DNA from: Gemmatimonas sp.
Lineage (GTDB): Bacteria; Gemmatimonadota; Gemmatimonadetes; Gemmatimonadales; Gemmatimonadaceae
NCBI GenBank assembly: GCA_031414535.1
Contig: JANNVQ010000016.1
Span: forward strand, 1-18,271
DNA: 18,271 bases
Direction of reading: 5' to 3'
The notes beneath the pieces were generated by a model that saw nothing but the letters and a program-made list of their open reading frames with translations, was not told the origin of the DNA and ran no database searches. Each line of letters opens with the position of its first letter. Position 1 is the first letter of the stretch. Below, in pieces: positions 9,201-16,615 of this stretch. The position numbers and the translations under genes are program-made.

Positions 9201-9370
9201 CGGTGGTCATCGGTGGCCTTTTCACGGCGACCCTGCTCACGCTGCTCGTGTTGCCGCTGCTGTATATGCTCTTCGAGCGCGCCCAGGACGAGCCTGATGG
9301 GACGCCCTCGGGGACGGACGCGCAGGATCACTTCGCACCCGACGCCGTCGGGGGAGGAAGGCCGCAATGA
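6218..9370 (+). CDS. czcA: Heavy-metal efflux RND transporter, CusA/CzcA family (divalent, CzcA-like)
   Basis: 1050 aa; [39 protein letters not shown] (TM4 D/D/E), [35 protein letters not shown]. Confidence 0.95.
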   Translation: [1050 protein letters not shown]

Positions 9371-9702
9371 AACTCGTCATCGCGTTTATTCAGCCATTTA
9401 TGGCGCCTGACGTTGTACAGGCACTCCATCGAGTGCCCGGGCTCACGGGCGCTACCTTCAGCGAAGTGAAGGGATTCGGTCGCGGTCGAGCCACTCTCGG
9501 CGCGAACGCCGAAGCTCTCTACGGCACCGTGGACAAGTTGAGAATCGAAGTGGTGGTCAGCGACGATCTTGAAGACCAAGTCGTACGAGCGATTCGCACG
9601 GCGGCGCACACAGGCAATCGAGGAGATGGGAAGATTTACGCCGTCGCGGTCACTCGGGCCCTGCGTATTGCCACTGGGGAGGAGGGAGACAATGCGGTAT
9701 GA
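9367..9702 (+). CDS. P-II family signal transduction protein
   Basis: MKLVIAFIQPF, EVKGFGR, KLRIEVVV, AHTGNRGDGKIY P-II signatures; ATGA overlap with czcA. Confidence 0.9.
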   Translation: MKLVIAFIQPFMAPDVVQALHRVPGLTGATFSEVKGFGRGRATLGANAEALYGTVDKLRIEVVVSDDLEDQVVRAIRTAAHTGNRGDGKIYAVAVTRALRIATGEEGDNAV

Positions 9703-12163
9703 TGACGCAGCAGCACGCACCATTCGCCTCGACCTCCCCTTGCTGTTGCCCGAGGTGCAGGACCTCCGGGACGCTTGCGTGGAGCGTCTGGTCGCACTGA
9801 TAGAACAACGGGCCGGCGTGCAGAGTGTACACGTTGTTGCGCTAGGCGCGGAGGAATGCGACGTCGCAGACAAGAATGGCGATATGCGATCGGCGGAGCC
9901 CACGCAGTCGCAACTCTGCCTGCACTACAACCCCGATCAGCTCTCGCTCGAGCACATCACAGCGCTGGCGCGATCCGCCGGCGCTGAGGTGACAGAACGT
10001 TATGGACACTTGATCCTACCATTCCGTGCGATCAGCAGTCAGGATGGCGGAACGCGCTTGGAAACGGAGTTGCGCTCGCTAGAAGGAGTGACCGCGGCCG
10101 TTGTCAACTTGGCGGGACAGGTGGCGCGCGTTGAGTTCGACCGCAAGCGAGTAGATAAAGCGACGATTGAAGCACGTATGAAAACAGTCAGTGCTCCAGC
10201 TGACGCGGCCGCTCTAGAAGAAAGCGGTTGGTACACGCGCAACCGCGAACTCGCGTGGAGCTTGGCATCCGGAGTGCTGCTCACGGGCGCGTGGCTTCTC
10301 GAGAAGTTCACGGTTGCGCCACGCGCACTTTCCATCGGCATTTTTGTCGCTGCGTACGTATTTGGCGCTCGCGACAACGTCGGCCACTTCATCGGTGACC
10401 TGCGGCGAGGAAAGTGCCACTTCAATATCGACCTCTTGATGGTCGTCGCGGCGCTCGGTGCCGCGATACTTGGCGAGTGGGTGGAGGGCGCGCTTCTCCT
10501 CTTCTTGTTCAGTCTCGGACACGCCCTTGAGCACTATGCATTGGGACGTGCACGCAATGCCATCGCGGCTCTTACTGAACTCGCTCCGCAAACAGCGATT
10601 GTTCAGCGCGATGGGCGCGAGACAGCGATACCCATTGCTGAGGTCCGCTCGGGTGATCGCGTGGTCGTGAAGCCAGCCGAGCGAATCCCAGTTGACGGCA
10701 TCGTGCGTGAAGGACGCTCGGCCGTGAATCAGGCACCCATCACCGGCGAGAGCGTGCCAGTAGATAAGGCACCGGACGAGACGGTGTTCGCTGGCTCAGT
10801 AAATGGTGATGGCGCGCTCGTCGTAGAAGTGACGGCGGCCATCGGCGACCGCACACTCGATCGCGTCATCAAGCTCGTCGCGGAGGCGCAGACGCAGAAG
10901 GCGCCCACTCAGCTGTTCACTGACCGCTTTGAGCGCATCTTCGTTCCGATCGTGCTCGTGGCCGACTTGTTGCTCATCGTCCTGCCGCCTTTGCTCGGAT
11001 TCTGGACGTGGAGCGAGTCGTTTTATCGAGGGATGGCACTTCTTGTGGCAGCATCCCCCTGCGCACTCGCACTCGGGACTCCAGCCGCTGTTCTCTCTGG
11101 CATCGCGCAAGCGGCTCGAAGGGGCGTGCTCATCAAGGGCGGCGCGTATCTCGAGGTACTTGGTTCCATCGATACGCTGGCTTTGGATAAGACGGGGACG
11201 ATTACGCGTGGCGAGCCTGAGGTGACAGATCTTCGTCCGTTTGACGGCGTGGATGAAAACCGCCTGCTCGCGATGACGGCCGCCGTGGAGAAGCGTTCGC
11301 AACATCCTTTGGCGCGTGCGATCATCAAAGCGGCCGAGCAACGTGGGCTCGAAGTACCCGCGGCCGGCGATTTGGAGTCGGTAACGGGACGCGGAATCCG
11401 CTCGACGGTTGACGGTGCTCGCGTTGAAGTGGGACGACTGCTGATGTTCGAGGAGACTGGTGCACAAGTGCCGGTAAGCGTTCGTGCGAATGTTGCAACA
11501 TTGGAGACGGCAGGACGGACCACCGTTGTTGTGCGCCATCGAGTGGTGTCAGCTGGTGCAACTTCGATAGACGATGGCAATGGCTGGCTCGGGGTCATCG
11601 GTGTCGCTGACGAACCGCGTCCTGGCGTGAGAGAAACACTTGATCGCCTGCGCGCTGTGGGCGTCAAGCGCATCGTGATGCTCACGGGTGACAATGCCGG
11701 CGTTGCCAAGGCCGTGGGCGATGCTGTCGGCGTCACGAACGTGCGCGCTGGACTGTTGCCGGAGGACAAGGTGAAGGCCATCCAAGAGTTGGCTCAGCTC
11801 GGGCGCGTGGCGATGGTGGGCGATGGCGTGAATGACGCGCCGGCGCTTGCGCACGCGACCGTTGGAATTGCGATGGGCGGTGCGGGCACTGCCGCTGCGC
11901 TCGAGACGGCGGACGTGGCGCTGATGGGTGACGATTTGGGACGTCTGCCCTTCGCAATCGGCTTGAGTCGCACAGCCCGCGGCATCATCAAGCAGAATCT
12001 CTTTGTCTCACTCGGAGTCATCCTGCTCTTGGTGGTGGCCACAACGACCGGCCTTGTCGGCATCGGAGGAGCGGTCGTGATGCACGAGGGAAGCACCTTG
12101 GTCGTGATTGCGAACGCATTGAGATTGTTGCGCTACGGGCCATCCGAGGATGCAGCCACGTGA
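9692..12163 (+). CDS. czcP: Heavy-metal P1B-4 type ATPase (CzcP-like)
   Basis: TGES, SPC (ASPCAL), DKTGT, HP, GDGVNDAPAL and HEGST motifs; N-terminus LDLPLLLP...CVERL resembles CzcP as I recall it; ATG 9692 follows GGAGGAGG. Confidence 0.85.
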   Translation: MRYDDAAARTIRLDLPLLLPEVQDLRDACVERLVALIEQRAGVQSVHVVALGAEECDVADKNGDMRSAEPTQSQLCLHYNPDQLSLEHITALARSAGAEVTERYGHLILPFRAISSQDGGTRLETELRSLEGVTAAVVNLAGQVARVEFDRKRVDKATIEARMKTVSAPADAAALEESGWYTRNRELAWSLASGVLLTGAWLLEKFTVAPRALSIGIFVAAYVFGARDNVGHFIGDLRRGKCHFNIDLLMVVAALGAAILGEWVEGALLLFLFSLGHALEHYALGRARNAIAALTELAPQTAIVQRDGRETAIPIAEVRSGDRVVVKPAERIPVDGIVREGRSAVNQAPITGESVPVDKAPDETVFAGSVNGDGALVVEVTAAIGDRTLDRVIKLVAEAQTQKAPTQLFTDRFERIFVPIVLVADLLLIVLPPLLGFWTWSESFYRGMALLVAASPCALALGTPAAVLSGIAQAARRGVLIKGGAYLEVLGSIDTLALDKTGTITRGEPEVTDLRPFDGVDENRLLAMTAAVEKRSQHPLARAIIKAAEQRGLEVPAAGDLESVTGRGIRSTVDGARVEVGRLLMFEETGAQVPVSVRANVATLETAGRTTVVVRHRVVSAGATSIDDGNGWLGVIGVADEPRPGVRETLDRLRAVGVKRIVMLTGDNAGVAKAVGDAVGVTNVRAGLLPEDKVKAIQELAQLGRVAMVGDGVNDAPALAHATVGIAMGGAGTAAALETADVALMGDDLGRLPFAIGLSRTARGIIKQNLFVSLGVILLLVVATTTGLVGIGGAVVMHEGSTLVVIANALRLLRYGPSEDAAT

Positions 12164-12248
12164 GGGAGCCAACGAACAGCGCGGGCTATTTGCGACTTGC
12201 CCTCGACGCAGAGGCGACTCTCGCGGGACCAGCTCCGAACCAGGAACC

Positions 12249-12290
12249 TTGACAGAATCCATAAGTTAGTACATCCTAACTTATGGATTC
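12249..12290 (+). promoter_or_regulatory. Sigma70 promoter (TTGACA-N17-CATCCT) overlapped by a perfect 15-bp inverted-repeat operator
   Basis: TTGACA 12249-12254; GAATCCATAAGTTAG (12255-12269)-TACATC-CTAACTTATGGATTC (12276-12290) covers the -10 and ATG 12283. Confidence 0.8.
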
Positions 12291-13578
12291 CACCGCAAGA
12301 ACACCTCAAGCGAGCCTTTCACTTCGTCCTTTGATTGTGAGCACGCTCGCCGTCGCCGTAATCGTCTCCGCCTGCGGCGAGCCGTTCTTCCCCGACGCGC
12401 CCCGCGACGATTCCATTCTCGAAGGTCCCATCGCTGGGCTCACCGCGCCTCAGCACGCGCTCTTCTTGCGAGGCGACGCCGAATTCGGACGCGCCTTCGC
12501 AGCGACCGACGGTCTCGGGCCACTCTTTATCGCACAGTCCTGCGACGCTTGTCACGCGGGCGACGGCAAAGGCCATCCAGTCTTCGACATCACGCGCTTT
12601 GGACGCTACGAGGGCGCGACCTTCGATCCGATGATTGCTGACGGCGGTCCGCAGCTACAGAATCGCGCCATCCTCGGATACCTCGCCGAAACTCGGCCAT
12701 CCGAGTCCACCGTGATGGCGCGCTTCACACCGCCGGCCGTCACAGGGTTGGGCCTCTTGGAAGCCGTTGATGATTCGAGCATTCTCGCGCTTGCCGATTC
12801 GGCCGACCTCAATGCAGATGGGATCTCCGGGCGCGCGAGTTGGGTGACAGCGTCGCCGTTCATTGATGCGCTCGCGGCCGAAGGAGTGCGCGGAACTGCG
12901 GGAACTCCCGCGCGTCATCTCTCGTGGTCGGGACGATATCTGGGACGCTTCGGCAAGAAGGCGACCACCATCACGCTCCGCCATCAGACGGTGAATGCCT
13001 ATTCCGAGGATATGGGCCTGACCACCGATGATCATCCGGACGATCTGGTACTTCCTGGATTGCCAGGCTCAAGCGGAGACGGCGTCACCGATCCCGAAGT
13101 TGGCTCCGGTATCGTCAGTAGCGTGGTCTTTTACCTCCGAACACTGCGCCCGCCGCCGCGACGCGATGCAGCCAATTCAGAAGTAATCGCTGGGCGCCAG
13201 CGATTCATCGAGATTGGCTGCGCGAACTGCCACGTGATGACGATGCGCACTGGGAGGTCCTCAATCGCAGCGCTCGATCGGATCGAGTTTGAGCCGCTCA
13301 CCGATTTGTTGTTGCACGATATGGGTCCCGATCTCGACGATGGCTACACGGAGGGGAACTCCACGTCGTCCGAGTGGCGCACTGCGCCGCTCTGGGGCAT
13401 TGGCTTGGCCGAGCGCGCGACCGGTGGCACGCAGTTCCTGCTGCACGACGGCCGCGCTCGCTCATTGCGCGCCGCGATTGGATTTCACGGCGGCGAAGCG
13501 TCCGCAAGTCGCGCGGCATTCAATGCCCTCTCAACTGCCGAGCAAGAGCGGCTCCTGCGCTACTTGAGGTCGCTATGA
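12283..13578 (+). CDS. Di-haem oxidoreductase family (DHOR/DUF1111-like) c-type cytochrome lipoprotein
   Basis: Two CxxCH motifs (CDACH, CANCH); DGLGPLF, D.NADGISGR, GRFGKKA, TDLLLHDMG, EWRTAPLWGIG, LHDGRAR; lipobox VSAC. Confidence 0.88.
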   Translation: MDSTARTPQASLSLRPLIVSTLAVAVIVSACGEPFFPDAPRDDSILEGPIAGLTAPQHALFLRGDAEFGRAFAATDGLGPLFIAQSCDACHAGDGKGHPVFDITRFGRYEGATFDPMIADGGPQLQNRAILGYLAETRPSESTVMARFTPPAVTGLGLLEAVDDSSILALADSADLNADGISGRASWVTASPFIDALAAEGVRGTAGTPARHLSWSGRYLGRFGKKATTITLRHQTVNAYSEDMGLTTDDHPDDLVLPGLPGSSGDGVTDPEVGSGIVSSVVFYLRTLRPPPRRDAANSEVIAGRQRFIEIGCANCHVMTMRTGRSSIAALDRIEFEPLTDLLLHDMGPDLDDGYTEGNSTSSEWRTAPLWGIGLAERATGGTQFLLHDGRARSLRAAIGFHGGEASASRAAFNALSTAEQERLLRYLRSL

Positions 13579-14030
13579 CGATTCCGCGACGCGCATTCTT
13601 AGTTCGCGCACAACAGGTCGCACTGGGAGCCTGCGCGCTCGGTGCCCGCGCAGCCTTGCCGATGATTGGCATTGGATGCGCTTCCGTCCCGTATGTGATT
13701 GGGGAACGCCGCGACAACGAAGTGCACCTGCCATTCACGGCGCTCGACAAGAACGGCCGAGCATTAGTGGAAGTACCCGAGTTCGACCTCCCCATCTTTG
13801 TACGACGCAGTGCGGGCGGGACGACTACTGCGCTCTCAACAGAGTGCACACATCGTGGCTGCGAGGTGGAGCCCTCTACCGATCGGCTGGTCTGTCCCTG
13901 CCACGGCAGCGAGTACAATCTGGAAGGTGCCGTGCTTCAAGGACCGGCGGAGCGACCGCTGCTTCGCTTCGCGGTCCGTGAGCTGCCAGACCGCCTCGTC
14001 ATTGAGCTAACCGCGCGAGGCAACCTCTAA
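13575..14030 (+). CDS. Rieske [2Fe-2S] protein with Tat-like signal
   Basis: CTHRGC and CPCHGS boxes, GPAERPL; N-terminal PRRAFL; ATGA overlap with the di-haem gene gives the start at 13575. Confidence 0.9.
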   Translation: MTIPRRAFLVRAQQVALGACALGARAALPMIGIGCASVPYVIGERRDNEVHLPFTALDKNGRALVEVPEFDLPIFVRRSAGGTTTALSTECTHRGCEVEPSTDRLVCPCHGSEYNLEGAVLQGPAERPLLRFAVRELPDRLVIELTARGNL

Positions 14031-15238
14031 TGCGCTTTGACATTGTCACGCGACTTGCTGTGCACGGCGCATTGGCGCTCGTGGCTTTTGCAGCAGGCAC
14101 GCCTCTACGCGCGCAGGATGACTCGTCGTCCGTGCAGGGGAGCATCTACCAGCGCCCATTCATCTCGTCATCAGGCCGCACGGCGATTGGAGGATACGTC
14201 GAAGCAAACGCACTCTACACACGAGAGGAAGGCATCGGGCCTGGCCTCTCGATGGAGTTGCGCCGCTTCAATATTTTCCTTTTCTCATCCATCGGTTCGA
14301 GAGTTCGATTTCTCTCAGAGCTCGAGTTCGAGCACGGCACGCAAGAGATTGCTCTCGAGACTGCGATCGTCGATTTTCGAGTGTCGTCCGCGCTGGTGCT
14401 TCGCGCGGGCATCCTGCTGCCGCCCGTAGGCGCGTTCAACCAGAATCACGACGGCCCGAGATGGGAATTCGTCGACCGGCCGCTCGTCTCAACGGAGATC
14501 ATCCCGTCCACGCTCTCGGAAGTCGGCTTTGGCGTGAACGGTCGCGTCTCGCCAGCGTCGGGACTGACGATCACGTATGACGCATACCTCACGAACGGAC
14601 TCGGCGAAGGCGTCGTCCTCAATTCAACCGGGCGCACGCATCTCGCGAGCGGTAAACGTGCGGGGCAGTTCGCCGGCGACGACAATGGAGTGCCCGCGCT
14701 ATCCGGGCGGCTGGCGCTGCGCTCACGGAGACTTGGTGAGGCTGGAGTTTCGTGGTACGGAACCACCTACAACACCTTTCGGCTAGACGGTGCGGAGATT
14801 GACGAACGCAGAGGCCTTTCCTTACTCGCCGTCGATGTGTCCACGGTGTTGCCACGTGCGATTGAGGTCCGAGGCGAGGCCGCGCTTGCTCGGATTGAGC
14901 TTGCCCCGGGAATGGTCGATGTACTTGGCGACGATCAATGGGGCGCGCATGTGGATGTCATCGCGCCCGTATATCGTGTAGCGGGCGGCCCTTTCCGCGG
15001 AGGTACTGTAAACTTCATCACGCGTCTTGAGTACGTGGATTTCAACGTTGGGCACTTCGCTTCCACAGGGGGCGTCATCGGCGATGACCGCACGGCCGTC
15101 ACTCTCGGCGCCAGCGTCCGCCCCGTAGCGGGCGCGGTGCTCAAGTTGAATTATCGGCGAGAGTGGGCGCACGACATTCTGCGGAACGCGGCCACGAGGT
15201 CTGGCGCATTGCAGCTTGGCGTCGCTACGTACTTCTAG
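14030..15238 (+). CDS. Putative outer-membrane beta-barrel/porin-like protein
   Basis: Signal peptide ending LRA-Q; amphipathic strands (RFLSELEFEH, LRAGILLPPVG); C-terminal LGVATYF BAM-type signal; TAATG coupling to the Rieske gene. Confidence 0.72.
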   Translation: MRFDIVTRLAVHGALALVAFAAGTPLRAQDDSSSVQGSIYQRPFISSSGRTAIGGYVEANALYTREEGIGPGLSMELRRFNIFLFSSIGSRVRFLSELEFEHGTQEIALETAIVDFRVSSALVLRAGILLPPVGAFNQNHDGPRWEFVDRPLVSTEIIPSTLSEVGFGVNGRVSPASGLTITYDAYLTNGLGEGVVLNSTGRTHLASGKRAGQFAGDDNGVPALSGRLALRSRRLGEAGVSWYGTTYNTFRLDGAEIDERRGLSLLAVDVSTVLPRAIEVRGEAALARIELAPGMVDVLGDDQWGAHVDVIAPVYRVAGGPFRGGTVNFITRLEYVDFNVGHFASTGGVIGDDRTAVTLGASVRPVAGAVLKLNYRREWAHDILRNAATRSGALQLGVATYF

Positions 15239-15272
15239 TTTCGTCACGTACCGCAATCACAACACAGCGAAT

Positions 15273-15734
15273 ATGAAGGTCGACCTCTCAACGACGCTCC
15301 CCTGCACCTTCGAACAGGCGGTTGCGCAGGTTCAGACGACTCAACTCCTAGAGTATGTGGCCCGCCCTCTCGTTCGCTTCTCCCCCGCGGGCGGAGGCAC
15401 GTTTCCACCGGCGTGGACGGTCGGAACTCATTGGGTCAATCTTTGGCTCGTCGGCTTCTTGCCTCTGGGCAGACAGGCAATCGTCATCACATTCCCGATG
15501 GTCGAGTCTGGCTTCGCATTACGCGACGCTGGGCACAGTGCACTCATTCACACCTGGGACCATCTCATAACCATTGAGCGCCGTCGCGACGCTGTGATCT
15601 ATCGCGATCAAGTTGACGTCCGCGCTGGAGTTCTTACTCCATTCGCATGGCTGTTCGCGTCGATCTTCTACCGGCATCGGCAGCGTCGGTGGAGAAGGCT
15701 GGTTGATGGCAGCTTTGACTACGGCACGGCTTAA
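15273..15734 (+). CDS. Hypothetical protein, possibly SRPBCC/START-like fold
   Basis: ATG 15273; WDHLITI...YRDQVDVRAG...FYRHRQRRW pattern seen in small SRPBCC-like proteins; recognition by eye only. Confidence 0.55.
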   Translation: MKVDLSTTLPCTFEQAVAQVQTTQLLEYVARPLVRFSPAGGGTFPPAWTVGTHWVNLWLVGFLPLGRQAIVITFPMVESGFALRDAGHSALIHTWDHLITIERRRDAVIYRDQVDVRAGVLTPFAWLFASIFYRHRQRRWRRLVDGSFDYGTA

Positions 15735-15763
15735 TTCACTGTTTAACCGAGAGATTGTTTGTA

Positions 15764-16219
15764 ATGCGTATTCCCCCGGTGTTGATGCTTGTTGCGGCCG
15801 TCTCCCTGAGTTTCATTGCGGCTCGCATTGATCCTCTTGCAAGTTCTTCCGTTGAGCTTCAGGTGCTCGGCGCGCTAATTGCCATCGTCGGGTCGGCTAC
15901 GGCCTTGGCAGGCGTCTTGGCGTTCCGTCGCCAGCGAACCACTGTCGATCCCCGATATCCAGAACGCGCGCGCGCACTTGTTGCCGACGGCATATATCGC
16001 TGGACGCGCAATCCGATGTATGTGGGATTTGTGTGCGTGGGGATTGGCGCAGCAGTTGCGCTGGGATCACTTCTCGCACTTGCGGGCCCCGCTGCTCTGG
16101 CCCTGTACTTAGATCGCGTACAAATTCCTGCTGAAGAACGCGCGCTGCAGGAGCGCTTCGGCCAGAGCTTTCATTCGTACGTCCTTTCCGTCCGACGGTG
16201 GCTCGGACGGCGGAACTAG
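15764..16219 (+). CDS. Isoprenylcysteine carboxyl methyltransferase (ICMT/PEMT) family membrane protein
   Basis: TTVDP, LVADGIYRWTRNPMYVG, EERAL..RFG..F..Y...VRRW motifs. Confidence 0.88.
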   Translation: MRIPPVLMLVAAVSLSFIAARIDPLASSSVELQVLGALIAIVGSATALAGVLAFRRQRTTVDPRYPERARALVADGIYRWTRNPMYVGFVCVGIGAAVALGSLLALAGPAALALYLDRVQIPAEERALQERFGQSFHSYVLSVRRWLGRRN

Positions 16220-16453
16220 AGCTACGGACCGGCAATCGGCGTCCCGTGCGGATCATTGGTAGCATTGCCGACCGGTACAGCCATTCGTTTGATGACTAGG
16301 TCCGACGCCGCGAACTGGAGGAGCTGAGCGCCGGCACATGCCCGCCCTGTTCGAAGATTTCTCGTGCAGAGCTATGTGCGGACGAGGCCCGGCCGTTGTG
16401 GACGCTAGCTCATTGAGGGTTCGGAAGAAATCTTGGAGGCGCGATTGCGCGCG

Positions 16454-16549
16454 GCATAACGAAGCTTGCTGGCTGACAGCCACGCTATTGTAGCGTCCGC
16501 TTCGCGGCCGCATTTTATGGAGTGTCTGCAGCAGAAGCACACGTTACAC
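16454..16549 (+). repeat. attC site 4 (96 bp, short variant)
   Basis: R'' GCATAAC, GCTTGCTGGCTGACAG / CTGCAGCAGAAGC, R' GTTACAC; shortened central region with two mini-hairpins. Confidence 0.88.
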
Positions 16550-16615
16550 GGGCTCGCCACTGGCTCCGCGGTGGCCGCAGTTGCGCCCCGCAGCCTTCTG
16601 AGACAGGTTCCAATC

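Larger units (their letters stand above)
1754..16543 (+). mobile_element. Putative giant (14,790 bp) multigene integron cassette for metal homeostasis
   Basis: Starts (G)TTATGCCG at 1753-1761; its attC begins CGGCATAAC (16452-16460), the exact reverse complement. No attC was seen in any internal intergenic region. Confidence 0.72.

Noticed and set aside
12265..12280. GTTAG...CTAAC as an attC or attI core
   Set aside because: The order is reversed relative to attC (GTT before AAC), there are no L boxes, and it is better explained as an operator over a promoter.
2607..15256. Many long minus-strand and alternate-frame ORFs (e.g. 2607..3434, 5791..6522, 10796..11539, 11023..11781)
   Set aside because: Shadow ORFs of high-GC coding sequence that overlap well-supported genes and have no motifs.
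16220..16453. Non-coding gap before attC4 as a hidden gene or ncRNA
   Set aside because: No convincing ORF; only a weak CGGCAAT/ATTGCCG stem.
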